The translations under genes were made by a program, and so were the position numbers. Source: an uncultured Christensenella sp. (GTDB taxonomy: Bacteria > Bacillota > Clostridia > Christensenellales > UBA1750). From it: a DNA stretch of 64,000 nt. The notes under the pieces were generated by a model, which searched no databases, had not been told where the DNA came from, and worked only from the letters and a program-made list of their open reading frames with translations. The stretch's first letter is position 1; every line of letters starts with the position of its first letter. The stretch is from positions 369 through 64,368 of the forward strand of contig CAOKIU010000002.1 of assembly GCA_948468595.1 (NCBI GenBank), written 5' to 3'. This document shows, in pieces, positions 19,040 through 28,690 of the stretch.

Positions 19040-19096
19040 ATTGCCCTCCCAAGCGCCTTGGGGAGCGCCCGCCCGGCGTCTCCAAAGGCCGCGTCC

Positions 19097-19627
19097 CTAC
19101 AATTCGTATTCCTCCAGGCAGCAATTCTGCGCGGAGTAACGCACGAACTGCTCGTTGGTCATGTCCTCAAAATACGTGCGGACAAGGCGCATCACGCCGC
19201 CGTGGCAGAGCAGCAGCACGCCGCGCTCCGCTCCCCGCGCCTTGATTTCGTCCAGGAGCGCGTAGACGCGGTGCGCTACCTGCATCATGGACTCCCCGCC
19301 CGGATAGCGGTAGGCAAACTGCCCTTTGGCGCGCAAAAAGCCCTCGTCCAGCCGGCTCAAGCCCTCAAACGCGCCGTAGTCCTGCTCGATGAGCCTCTCC
19401 TCCACCCAGAGCGGCGCGCCCGCCGCCTCCGCCACGATGGCCGCCGTGCGCCGCGCCCGCATCAGCGGGGAGGTTAGGACCGCCCCAATCCCCTTAGGCG
19501 CGACAAGGCGCGCGAGTTCGCGCGCCTGCCTTTCTCCCTCCGGCGTCAGGTCCAGATCCGTCCGGCCTAAGATTTTGCCCTGTGCGTTCCAGGCGGTCTG
19601 CCCATGCCTGGCCACGTATAGCTTCAC
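19097..19627 (-). CDS. Histidine phosphatase family protein
   Basis: RHGQT..N, SPL.RA..TA, GES and HGG. Confidence 0.9.
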   Translation of the reverse strand: MKLYVARHGQTAWNAQGKILGRTDLDLTPEGERQARELARLVAPKGIGAVLTSPLMRARRTAAIVAEAAGAPLWVEERLIEQDYGAFEGLSRLDEGFLRAKGQFAYRYPGGESMMQVAHRVYALLDEIKARGAERGVLLLCHGGVMRLVRTYFEDMTNEQFVRYSAQNCCLEEYEL

Positions 19628-19648
19628 CCGTTCATCCCTCCGGTCCGC

Positions 19649-20212
19649 TTAACCATTGTGCTTTGCCATGGCCCGATCCACGCCGTTGCGCACGATCTCC
19701 TCCACCGCGTCCGCCGCGCGCAGAAATGCCTGGAACATCGTCTCACGGTCGCCGGCGGGGTATCTCCCCAGCACGTAGTCCGCCAGCTCGTACCCCGGAT
19801 GCTCCGGCCGGCCGATGCCCACGCGCACGCGGGGAAAGTCCATCGTACCGGTGAGCGAGACGATGGAGCGCATGCCGTTGTGCGTGCCCGCGCTGCCGGA
19901 GGCCCGCACCCGCAGCCGCCCCTTGTCAAGGTCTATGTCGTCATAGACCACAATCAGGCGCTTGGAATCGATCTTGTACCAGTTCATCAGCTGCACAACC
20001 GCCTCGCCCGATAGGTTCATATAGGTCTGCGGCGCGGCCAGAACCACCTTTTCGCCCCCCACGGCGCCTTCGCCCACCAGGGACTTGCAGCGCGCCTTGT
20101 TAATGGGGATGCGCAGCTTTTCCGAAAGCACGCTCAGCACGTCAAAGCCGACGTTGTGCCGCGTGTGCTCGTATTTTTTATCTGGATTGCCCAGGCCCAC
20201 GATGACAAACAT
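19649..20212 (-). CDS. pth: Peptidyl-tRNA hydrolase
   Basis: VGLGNP..Y..TRHNVG, TYMNLSG, DDIDL and HNGMRS. Confidence 0.96.
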   Translation of the reverse strand: MFVIVGLGNPDKKYEHTRHNVGFDVLSVLSEKLRIPINKARCKSLVGEGAVGGEKVVLAAPQTYMNLSGEAVVQLMNWYKIDSKRLIVVYDDIDLDKGRLRVRASGSAGTHNGMRSIVSLTGTMDFPRVRVGIGRPEHPGYELADYVLGRYPAGDRETMFQAFLRAADAVEEIVRNGVDRAMAKHNG

Positions 20213-20285
20213 AGTTCCTCCCCGCCGCGATTCGTCAGTGCGGCTTCCCTTCGTCATGCGCTCCGGCCGGCGTGCGCGCGCCGGA

Positions 20286-21662
20286 TCAGAGCTTGCCCTC
20301 CGCCTTACGCGCGTCCACCCAGCCGTTTAGGTTGGCCTGACGGCTGCGCGCGATGGCCAGCGCACCGGCGGGCACGTCCTTGGTGATGGTGGAACCCGCG
20401 GCGATATACGCCCCCGCCTCCACGACAACGGGCGAGACAAGATTGACGTTGCAGCCGATGAAGGCGCCGTCGCCCACGCTGGAGCGGTACTTGCGCTTGC
20501 CGTCGTAGTTGGAGAACACCACGCCGCACCCCAGGTTGATGCCCTCGCCCAGGTCCGCATCGCCCACATATGTCAGGTGCGAAACCTTGGTGCCGTTGCC
20601 AATGACGCTGTTTTTAATCTCCACAAAGTCGCCGATGCGGCAATGGTCGCCCACCTCGGCCTTGGGCCGCAAATAGGCGTTGGGGCCGACGGTGGTGAAG
20701 CTGCCCACGCGGCAATCCAGCAGTACGGAGGATTCCACCGTGGTGCCATCGCCCACGCGCGCGTTGTTCATCCGGCAGCCCGGGTAGATGGTGCAGTCCT
20801 CCCCGATGACCGTTTCCCCCATCAGCGTGCAGCCGGGGTATACGGTGGTGTCCCGGCCGATGGTCACGGTGTCGTCAACGTAGGTCGCCTCCGGATCGAT
20901 CATCGTCACGCCGGCGCGCATCAGGCGCTCGTTGATCCTACGGCGCATGACGCGCTGCGCCTTGGCCAGCTGCACCTTGTCGTTGACGCCCATGCAGCTC
21001 TCCATAGAGATCTCCACCGGCACGACGCGCTCCCCATCGCCGCGCAGAATGCTCACCGCGTCCGTCAAATAGTATTCCTTCTGGCTGTTGTCGTTTTTAA
21101 GCCGCGGCAAAGCCTCCAGCAGCTTTTCCACGCGGAAGCAGTAGATCGCGGCGTTGACCTCCTTTACGGCCCTCTGCGCCTGGTCGCAGTCCCGTTCCTC
21201 CACGATGGCCAGCACCGCGCCCGTCCCGTCGCGCAGCACGCGGCCGTAGCCGGTGGGGTCCTCAGCCCGCGCGGTGAGCATCGCGCAGGCCGCGCCTTCC
21301 TCCACCGCCGCGCCCAGCTTTAGCAGGTCCTTTCCTTCCAGCAGCGGCATGTCGCCGGCAAGGACGTATACCAAGCCCTTGCGGCCCGCCAGGTGCTCCC
21401 GCGCGCTCATCACCGCATGCCCCGTGCCCCAGCCGGTAGAGGGGTCCTGCACGGCAAAAACCGCCCGGCCGGCCAGGTGTTCCCGCACGCTGTCGGCCGC
21501 GTGGCCCACCACCACGACCGGCTTTTCCACGCCCACCTCGCTCACCGCGCGCAGAGGGTACTCCACCATCGCCCTGCCGCAGAGGGGGTGAAGCACCTTA
21601 TGCAACTTTGACTTCATGCGCGTGCCCTCGCCCGCCGCGAGGATGATCGCCGTTTGCTCCAT
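20286..21662 (-). CDS. glmU: Bifunctional GlcNAc-1-P uridyltransferase / acetyltransferase
   Basis: LAAGEGTRMKS, hexapeptide repeats and NYDG. Confidence 0.96.
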   Translation of the reverse strand: MEQTAIILAAGEGTRMKSKLHKVLHPLCGRAMVEYPLRAVSEVGVEKPVVVVGHAADSVREHLAGRAVFAVQDPSTGWGTGHAVMSAREHLAGRKGLVYVLAGDMPLLEGKDLLKLGAAVEEGAACAMLTARAEDPTGYGRVLRDGTGAVLAIVEERDCDQAQRAVKEVNAAIYCFRVEKLLEALPRLKNDNSQKEYYLTDAVSILRGDGERVVPVEISMESCMGVNDKVQLAKAQRVMRRRINERLMRAGVTMIDPEATYVDDTVTIGRDTTVYPGCTLMGETVIGEDCTIYPGCRMNNARVGDGTTVESSVLLDCRVGSFTTVGPNAYLRPKAEVGDHCRIGDFVEIKNSVIGNGTKVSHLTYVGDADLGEGINLGCGVVFSNYDGKRKYRSSVGDGAFIGCNVNLVSPVVVEAGAYIAAGSTITKDVPAGALAIARSRQANLNGWVDARKAEGKL

Positions 21663-21818
21663 TTGCCGACGCCTCCTTACAAGTTCCAGAATTTGCTTCC
21701 TTATTTTATCAGCATTCTCCCGCGTTTGCAAGATCGGTTAAAAAACGCGCTCCAAGCGCAGCAATCCCCCGGCGGGCTGCGTTTTTCCGCCGGGGGATTG
21801 GGCCTTGGGGGCCGCTGT

Positions 21819-22646
21819 TTAGGTCTCCAGCAGCCAGGCGGCCGGGTGAACAATGGCGCCCTGGTGCGCGTCAATGGCGTCGGACACCACAAAGAGCGAG
21901 CGGATGTCCTCGTAGATGCGCGGCGCGCCCTCCTTGCGGCGCTCCACCATCACGCCCACACCCACGCACGTGACGTCGAACTCCTGCATCAGCTCCACCA
22001 TGCCGCGCACGGTTCCTCCATCCTTGGTAAAATCGTCCACAATCAGCGCCTTCTGGCCGGATTTTACCGCGCGCTTGGCCAGGGACATGGTCTTCATCTC
22101 CCCGCCCGCGCCGGAGATGTAGTTAATCGTCACCACCGACCCTTCAAACGCCTTGTGATCGCGCCTTGCAATCACCAGCGGCACGCCCAGCGCCCGCGCC
22201 ACCATCAGCGCAAAGGGGATGCCCTTGGTCTCCACCGTCAGCACAAAGTCCGGCGACGCGGCATAGTATGGCGTGGCCATGATGGCGCCCAGCACCTCCA
22301 GCGTATCGGGCTGGGAGAGGATGTCCTGGATGTAGAGAAAGTTGCCCGGCAGCACGCGGCCAGGGTCGGACAGCTGCCCGCACAGGCCGTATAAATAGTC
22401 CAGCGCGCCCTTGTGGGTCATCTTGGGCAGGAACTTCACCCCGCCGGCCGCGCCCGTCACGGTCTCAATTTCGCCCAAGCCAAATTGGCGATACACCTGG
22501 CGCAGCAGCTCAATATCCTCGCTGATGGTGGATTTGGCCGCGTCAAACATGCCGCAAAAATGGCTCAATGTAAAAATATGGTTGGGCGACGCGGTCAGTA
22601 TCCGCGACATTGCGCCGATGCGTTCGTTTCTCTTGATCTTATCCAT
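21819..22646 (-). CDS. purR: Purine operon repressor (PRT family)
   Basis: KSTISED, GAAGGV and VDDFTKDGGT PRPP loop. Confidence 0.95.
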   Translation of the reverse strand: MDKIKRNERIGAMSRILTASPNHIFTLSHFCGMFDAAKSTISEDIELLRQVYRQFGLGEIETVTGAAGGVKFLPKMTHKGALDYLYGLCGQLSDPGRVLPGNFLYIQDILSQPDTLEVLGAIMATPYYAASPDFVLTVETKGIPFALMVARALGVPLVIARRDHKAFEGSVVTINYISGAGGEMKTMSLAKRAVKSGQKALIVDDFTKDGGTVRGMVELMQEFDVTCVGVGVMVERRKEGAPRIYEDIRSLFVVSDAIDAHQGAIVHPAAWLLET

Positions 22647-22663
22647 GGCTTCCTCCGCTATAC

Positions 22664-22684
22664 CCGAATGTTCGGAACATTAGG
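22664..22684 (-). promoter_or_regulatory. PurBox-like site upstream of purR (possible autoregulation)
   Basis: The minus strand reads TTCCGAACATT inside the palindrome AATGTTC-G-GAACATT, between the TATAAT and the RBS. Confidence 0.55.
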
Positions 22685-22832
22685 TATTATTATATACGCC
22701 ATTTCCCCCAAATTGCAAGGGTTTTACAGAATTTTCATTCAGATTTACAGAAAGATGCGCTCATTTGTATTTTGCCGGGCAATACGATATAATATATGGA
22801 AATGATTCTTGAGTAAGGATGGGTGTAGGGCG

Positions 22833-24218
22833 ATGCAGAACGTGCGCTTGATCGACTATAAGGGCAAACAGATTCACTTCATCGGCATCGGCGGCAGCTC
22901 CATGTCCGGTCTGGCGGAGCTTTTGGCGGGCCGGGGCTATCGGGTGCGGGGCGACGACCGCGTCGCCAGCCATTCCACGGAAAAGCTCGTGCGCGAGGGG
23001 ATTTCCGTTGTGATCGGCCACGACGCGCAAAACGTCCATGGGGCGGACCTTGTGGTCTATACCGCCGCCATTGCCGAGGACAACGTGGAGCGCCTGGAGT
23101 GCGTGCGCCTGGGCATCCCGCAGATGGAGCGCGCCGAGCTGCTGGGCCAGCTCGCGGATGAATACGCCCGTTCCATCGCCGTGTGCGGCACGCATGGCAA
23201 AACCACCACCACCGCCATGCTCTCCACCGTGCTGCTCCACGCGCGCCAGGACCCCACCATCCACATCGGCGGCGAAATGGACTTAATCGGCGGCAGCGTG
23301 CATTCCGGCGCGGGCGATACCTTCCTTACCGAGGCCTGCGAGTTTAAGGCCAGCTTTCTCACCCTGCATCCGACGCTGGCGCTGGTGCTCAACATCGATG
23401 CCGATCATCTGGACTTCTATCGTGATCTTGCGCACATTGAGGAGACCTTCCAAAAGTTCCTCTCGCAAATCACCCCGGGCGGCACAGCGGTGCTTTGCGG
23501 GGACAACGCGCGCGCCAAGGCGATGAAGGAGCGCATCGCGGCGCATTGCGTCACCTACGGCCTGGACGACGCCCAAAGCGATTACACGGCCGCGGACCTT
23601 TGCCATGACGACGCGCTGTGCTATTCCTTTACGCCCTTGGAGCATGGTCAGCCGCTTGCGCGCGTGACGCTGCGCGTGCCGGGGCGGCACAACGCGCTCA
23701 ACGCCCTGGGCGTTGTGGCCACGGCGCGCCAGCTTGGTCTTGCCGGCGAGGAGATCTCCGCTGGTCTATCCGCCTTTGCCGGCGCGCACCGCCGCTTTGA
23801 GCTGACGGGGACGGTGTGCGGCGTGAAGCTCTACCACGACTACGGCCACAATCCCGCTGAGTTCCGCTCGGTCATCCCCTTGGCTGACGCCGTTGCCGGC
23901 GCGCACCATCTCTTTGTGGTGTGCCAGCCGCATACCTATTCGCGCACCAAGCTGCTCTTTGAGGAGTACATGACCTGTTTTTCGGGTGCGGATACCGTGC
24001 TCATCACCGATATTTACGCCGCGCGCGAAAAGGACCCGGGCGACATCCACGCGACCATGCTGGTGGATGCCCTCCGAGCGCGCGGAGTGCCGGTCGTCTA
24101 TACCCCTGGCTTTGACGACTGCGAGACTTATTTGCGCGCGCATTGGCAGGCCGGGGACGTGGTCATCACCCTGGGCTGCGGCAACATCAACCTCTTAAAC
24201 GAACAGATCAACCGATAA
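22833..24218 (+). CDS. murC: UDP-N-acetylmuramate--L-alanine ligase
   Basis: HFIGIGGSSMSGLA, GTHGKTTT, EACEF, DHLD, DYGHNP and QPHTYSRT. Confidence 0.95.
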   Translation: MQNVRLIDYKGKQIHFIGIGGSSMSGLAELLAGRGYRVRGDDRVASHSTEKLVREGISVVIGHDAQNVHGADLVVYTAAIAEDNVERLECVRLGIPQMERAELLGQLADEYARSIAVCGTHGKTTTTAMLSTVLLHARQDPTIHIGGEMDLIGGSVHSGAGDTFLTEACEFKASFLTLHPTLALVLNIDADHLDFYRDLAHIEETFQKFLSQITPGGTAVLCGDNARAKAMKERIAAHCVTYGLDDAQSDYTAADLCHDDALCYSFTPLEHGQPLARVTLRVPGRHNALNALGVVATARQLGLAGEEISAGLSAFAGAHRRFELTGTVCGVKLYHDYGHNPAEFRSVIPLADAVAGAHHLFVVCQPHTYSRTKLLFEEYMTCFSGADTVLITDIYAAREKDPGDIHATMLVDALRARGVPVVYTPGFDDCETYLRAHWQAGDVVITLGCGNINLLNEQINR

Positions 24219-24236
24219 AACGCCTCGCGCTTCCCG

Positions 24237-24285
24237 CAAACAAACCGCGCACGCTTTGTCCGACAAAGCGTGCGCGGTTTGTTTG
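24237..24285. terminator. Long perfect inverted repeat, bidirectional terminator
   Basis: CAAACAAACCGCGCACGCTTTGTC-C-GACAAAGCGTGCGCGGTTTGTTTG between convergent genes. Confidence 0.8.
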
Positions 24286-24297
24286 CCTTAGGGGTCC

Positions 24298-25425
24298 TCA
24301 GGCGTTGTAGCGGTATGCCTTGACCATGTCTCCCTTGAGGGGGAACCCAAGCCCTTCCAGCACCTGGGAGAGCGCCTTTAGCAGATCGAGCATGTCCTCG
24401 TCGTTGCAGCCCTCGCCCATGTGCCCGATGCGGAGGACCTTGTGCGCCAGGGCGCCAAAGCTGCCGGCAATCAGGATGTTGTGCTCCCGCATCAGCGCCT
24501 CGATTATGGCGGTATCGTCAAGGCCCTGCGGGACCTTAAACGCCGTCACCGTATTGGAAAATCCGTCCTTTAGATACAGCGATAGGCCGCCGGCCATCAG
24601 CGCGGCGCGCACGGCCTTGGCCACGCGGGCATGGCGGGCAAAGATCTCCTTGTCCTCCAGGACGTTGTCCAGCGCCTGGGCGAACCCGGCAATATCGCTG
24701 GCCGGCATGGTGTAGGGAAACCACTTGTCCTTGTAATAATCCCGGAAGGCCATAAGATTGCAATAATAGGAAGCGATGGGCGTGCGCCGCTGCTCCATGG
24801 CGCGCATCGCGTCGTGGGAGACGCTCACCATCGTCAGCCCCGGCGGGCAGGAGAGCGCCTTCTGCGAGCCGCCCAGCAGCACGTCCACGCGCGCCCGGCG
24901 CACGTCCACGGGATTGCCGAACATCCCGGAAACCGAGTCCACCACCGTCAAAATCCCCTGCTCTTTGAGCAGCGGGCACAGGGCGTGGATGTCGTTGAGC
25001 ACGCCGGAGGGCGTGTCGCAGTGCACCAGCGTCGCGTACTTAAACGCGCTGTCTTTTTTGAGGAAGGCGCGCAGCGGCTCCGGCGCGATGGGGCGCAACC
25101 CGTCCACGGTGTAGAGCACCGGCTCCCCGCCGTAGAGGCGCACAAAGTCCGCAAATCCCTTGCCGTACTCCCCGTTATCCAGCACCAGCACGCGGTCCCC
25201 CGGTTCGGTCAACGAGGCGCAGGCCGCTTCCAACCCCAAGATCCCTTCTCCGCTGAGAATATAGGAGGGATTGGCGGTGTTTAAAAATTTGGAGTACCGC
25301 TGGCACACCGCGCGGTAAAAATCGAAGAACGCCGGGTCCAGGTCGGCGTTGGTCGCCTCCAGGGCGCGCGCGCCGCGCACGTTCGCGCGAACCTTGGTGG
25401 GCCCGGGGGTCAGGACATTGTACAT
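24298..25425 (-). CDS. Class V aminotransferase, pyridoxamine-pyruvate aminotransferase-like
   Basis: LTPGP, GEGILGLEAACASL, YGKGF, HCDTPSG, DSVS, SQK (Schiff-base Lys), PYT and RIGHMG. Confidence 0.8.
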   Translation of the reverse strand: MYNVLTPGPTKVRANVRGARALEATNADLDPAFFDFYRAVCQRYSKFLNTANPSYILSGEGILGLEAACASLTEPGDRVLVLDNGEYGKGFADFVRLYGGEPVLYTVDGLRPIAPEPLRAFLKKDSAFKYATLVHCDTPSGVLNDIHALCPLLKEQGILTVVDSVSGMFGNPVDVRRARVDVLLGGSQKALSCPPGLTMVSVSHDAMRAMEQRRTPIASYYCNLMAFRDYYKDKWFPYTMPASDIAGFAQALDNVLEDKEIFARHARVAKAVRAALMAGGLSLYLKDGFSNTVTAFKVPQGLDDTAIIEALMREHNILIAGSFGALAHKVLRIGHMGEGCNDEDMLDLLKALSQVLEGLGFPLKGDMVKAYRYNA

Positions 25426-25428
25426 GTT

Positions 25429-25962
25429 TTACGCCTCCTTTGTGTGAACGACGCGCCGCATCAGCTTTCGCATGGGCAGGGCCAGCGGCAAGGTGACGGC
25501 GATGGCCACGCCCATCTGCAAGAGATTTCCCGGCACCGAGTTCAGCGGCGCGATCCAGTTGGCGTATAGAATGCCCTCCGCCGCGTAATAGCCCGCAATC
25601 TTGATCAGGAGCGCCAACCCCGCGCCCAAGGCGAAGGACCAAAGCGTTGGAAACCTCTCCCCCAGCGCGCCCACCACATAGCCCATCAGCCCCACGATCA
25701 CCAGCGTAAACGGCGCCCAGGGCGTCCAGCCCGAGATCAGGTCGAACATCGCCATGCCAAGGCCCCCGCACAGCGCGCCCGTGCGCCGCCCAAAGCAGAA
25801 GGCTGCCAGCAGCAACGGCACGTTCCCCAAGTGGATCAGCCCGCCGTTGGCCGCAATGGGCAGCCGAACATTGATAAACATCGTAAAGGCCAGTACCAAC
25901 GTCACGCTCAGCGCGTCAACCGCAAGGTCCAGCGTCGCGTACTTCCTCTTTCCCACCGCCAT
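25429..25962 (-). CDS. ECF transporter S component (PdxU/HmpT-like)
   Basis: ALxxxL..TM, GGLIHLGN and DL..GW..WAPFT; 3 nt from the aminotransferase gene. Confidence 0.82.
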   Translation of the reverse strand: MAVGKRKYATLDLAVDALSVTLVLAFTMFINVRLPIAANGGLIHLGNVPLLLAAFCFGRRTGALCGGLGMAMFDLISGWTPWAPFTLVIVGLMGYVVGALGERFPTLWSFALGAGLALLIKIAGYYAAEGILYANWIAPLNSVPGNLLQMGVAIAVTLPLALPMRKLMRRVVHTKEA

Positions 25963-26050
25963 GGAAGCACCCTCTTTCCGCTTAAGATGCCTCCATCATA
26001 GCGCAAATCTGACCGCTTGAAAACATCCAGTTTTAAAAAACTTTAAGGGG

Positions 26051-27346
26051 TCAGTTTGTCTCCACGCGAATGGCGGTCGATTGCGCCGTGCGGTGAAGGT
26101 GGCTGGTGAGCGCGATTCCGGCAAGGGAACTGATGAGCACCGCCACAAACACGGGCAGGAAGGAAAAGACCTCCGCCGCCAGGCCCGCAAAGTAGCTGCA
26201 AAAGGTAAAGGGGAACTGTATAATGGACTGCAACACCAGGTAGCCGGTGCGCTTTTTCGGGTCCACGGTATCGATGACGCGGTGGGCGTAACCCAGCCAA
26301 GCGGAAAGATTCATGCCCGCCATGAGCACCATAACCGCCACAAAGCCAAAGCAGGACCGACCCGTAGCCGGGCCGATGAAGTGAACGGCGATGCCCAATA
26401 CGGCGATTAGGACGGGCAGAACGTGGGAGATGACCATCAGCGCGGTATTGCCCCACTTCTTGGTGACGCGGACCCAGGCAAAGCCGCCGATGATCTGGCC
26501 GATGACCTGGATGTAGAGCATGGAGCTGATCTGCGTGGGGGTGAGGTTTCCGCGCGAGGAGCCAAAGAGCACGATGAGCGAGGAAACCATGGAGGAGACG
26601 ACGTAGAGGATGCGGCCGTACATGATGCGGCGGAAGTTTCCGTCCGCGCGCCACAGCTCCACGAAGGAGCGCAGATAGGGCACCAAACGCACGCGCTCCC
26701 AATGCTGAATCTTCTCCCGGGGGAAATCCCGAATGCCGTAGAGGAGGAACATGTTCAGGAAGTACACGCCCCCGCACATACCGAAAATCCAGGCGTAGCG
26801 CTGGGCAAAGGTGAGGGTGGGCGCATCCATCAGCGCCTTGACCACAAAGGCGGCGCCAAGGCCCGCGATGCCGCCAAACACCTGCTGATACCCCTGAATG
26901 GCCGCGCGCGGGCGGGGAGGCACGGTCCTTGCGCCGATCTCCGTCCAAAACAGACCCACCAGGCCATCGGAGAAGAAGAACAGACTCACTAGCACAATGA
27001 CGCAGATCGCCGCCGGCGTCCCCGTCACGCCCATCAGCAGCAGAGGCGCCATCAGGGCAATGACCCATCTGGAGGAAAAGGCGATGGTGTGCATGGCGCG
27101 GCCAAAGTTGGATACGTTCATAATCACCATGCCGAGCAGAAATTGCGCCACAATCGTCATGGCCGAGCGCAGGGCCGCGGCCAACCCCGCCAGCTGCAAG
27201 GACCCCGTCGCCTCGCTGATAAAGACCGAGATGACGGCGTTGCCGTCGATAAAGGACGCGGCGATCCAGAACGAGGCCCCCTCGGCGATCATGAGATAGT
27301 AATTGCGCCTGGCGATGCGCTCGTTCTCCGTCAGTGTTTTTTTCAT
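26051..27346 (-). CDS. MFS transporter
   Basis: 431 aa with about 12 hydrophobic segments; RA..QG and DPKKR..Y loops. Confidence 0.8.
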   Translation of the reverse strand: MKKTLTENERIARRNYYLMIAEGASFWIAASFIDGNAVISVFISEATGSLQLAGLAAALRSAMTIVAQFLLGMVIMNVSNFGRAMHTIAFSSRWVIALMAPLLLMGVTGTPAAICVIVLVSLFFFSDGLVGLFWTEIGARTVPPRPRAAIQGYQQVFGGIAGLGAAFVVKALMDAPTLTFAQRYAWIFGMCGGVYFLNMFLLYGIRDFPREKIQHWERVRLVPYLRSFVELWRADGNFRRIMYGRILYVVSSMVSSLIVLFGSSRGNLTPTQISSMLYIQVIGQIIGGFAWVRVTKKWGNTALMVISHVLPVLIAVLGIAVHFIGPATGRSCFGFVAVMVLMAGMNLSAWLGYAHRVIDTVDPKKRTGYLVLQSIIQFPFTFCSYFAGLAAEVFSFLPVFVAVLISSLAGIALTSHLHRTAQSTAIRVETN

Positions 27347-27557
27347 TCCGTCTCCCCCTCCACGCTGCTTTGTATATAGATTAAGAATAGTCCTTCCGAT
27401 TTCGTTTGTAAACGGCGCGCGCAGGCTTTTGGCCGTTCCGTTTCAAAGCGTGAAATGGCGAACAATTTATGAACATTGGAGGAAGGGTTTGACCGACCGG
27501 CGATTTTGTGTTACCATATCAGCAGATTTTGATCTGTTCATCAAAGGGGTGTTTACC

Positions 27558-27893
27558 ATGAAAACTGTCAAGGCGCTGCGCGCGGCGGTGGTGGCCGCGC
27601 TGTTGCTCGCGCTGCTCACGTCCTGCGGCGCGGGATCGCTGATTCGGGGCACCTGGGCGGAATCCACCGGCACGATGTCCTTGGAGCTGAAAAAGGATGG
27701 AAAGGCGGTCGTCACGGCCTACAACTTCCCGTTGGAGGTCTCCTATACCTATGAAAACGACGTGCTGACCATCATCTACTCCGAGGACCTGACCGAGTCC
27801 GGCGCCATCACCTTCTACGGCGATAACGAGTTCATTTGGGAGAAGACGGACAGCAACGGCGATCCCTATTGGGAGACCTACACGAGGCAATGA
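27558..27893 (+). CDS. Small lipoprotein (lipocalin-like/DUF5640-like)
   Basis: Lipobox LTSC, then I.GTW..LEL..DG..Y.Y. Followed by a terminator at 27900-27934. Confidence 0.75.
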   Translation: MKTVKALRAAVVAALLLALLTSCGAGSLIRGTWAESTGTMSLELKKDGKAVVTAYNFPLEVSYTYENDVLTIIYSEDLTESGAITFYGDNEFIWEKTDSNGDPYWETYTRQ

Positions 27894-28162
27894 GCGCCGA
27901 ACGGAGAGCGTGAACCGCTCTCCGTTTTCTTTTTGGGTCCGGTTCACTGCCGCTTCCTCGAGCGGTACACCCGGATGAGGATGAGCAGGACCACGACTCC
28001 TCCCTTTCGCCTGCATCAAAACCCAATGCGCCTCCGGCAAAGAAGCATAAAACACCTTGATGGATGAGGTTTACTACCTCCTTGCATTATGGGGATTATA
28101 TCCTCTTAGCGAGAAGGACTATAACCCCCATAATGATCTCTGTCAAGAAGGAGGTTGCGATC

Positions 28163-28379
28163 GTGATTGTATTTGACGGGTTGTGGAGGGTTATGCAGGA
28201 ACGGGGAATTTCAACCTATGTGCTCAGAGAAAAATGCGGAATCGATTCCAAGACGATTCGCCGGTTGCGGGCCAATGAGAACATGGAGACCAAAAACGCT
28301 TAACAAGCTCTGCGCCGCCCTGAGCTGCCGGTTGGATAAAATCGCGGCATACAGGCAAGACGATCCAACGGAGAAATAA
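28163..28379 (+). pseudogene. Frameshifted Xre/Cro HTH regulator
   Basis: MIVFDGLWRVMQERGISTYVLREKCGID...METK continues as TLNKLCAALSCRLDKIA in another frame, at the A-run around 28292-28296. Confidence 0.75.
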
Positions 28380-28382
28380 AGG

Positions 28383-28411
28383 TTGACATTTTATGCGAGC
28401 TGTGCTATAAA
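28383..28411 (+). promoter_or_regulatory. SigA promoter of pheST
   Basis: TTGACA-17-TATAAG. Confidence 0.75.
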
Positions 28412-28417
28412 GAGCTA

Positions 28418-28660
28418 AGGTCGGCTGTGATGAGAGTTTGAGTAAGCCGCTTTTGCAAAGTCCCCAAAGAGAGGTTCGCCACCGGCTGAAAGCGAATCGG
28501 GATGGAAGAGCGTGCCGAAGTTCGCCTCGGAGCCGCGCGGGCGCGCCCGTTACAGCGTACAAGAGGCCGCGCGTTGTTGGACGGCGGCGAACTTGGGTGG
28601 TACCACGAAGGGTCTAAGGCTCTGCGTCCCAATGCTTTGGGGGCGCGGGTCTTTTTTTCA
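28418..28660 (+). ncRNA. T-box riboswitch (Phe)
   Basis: AGAGA and GCTGAAA stem-I motifs, specifier TTC at 28521-28523, T-box TGGGTGGTACCACG, and terminator with a U-tract. Confidence 0.92.
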
Positions 28661-28690
28661 CCCGAAAAGTTTGAAAAGGGAGGATGCATT

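Noticed and set aside
24237-24285. Long inverted repeats here and at 12011 and 40422 as possible MITEs or REP elements
   Set aside because: The sequences are unrelated to each other, no target duplications were seen, and their positions fit terminators.
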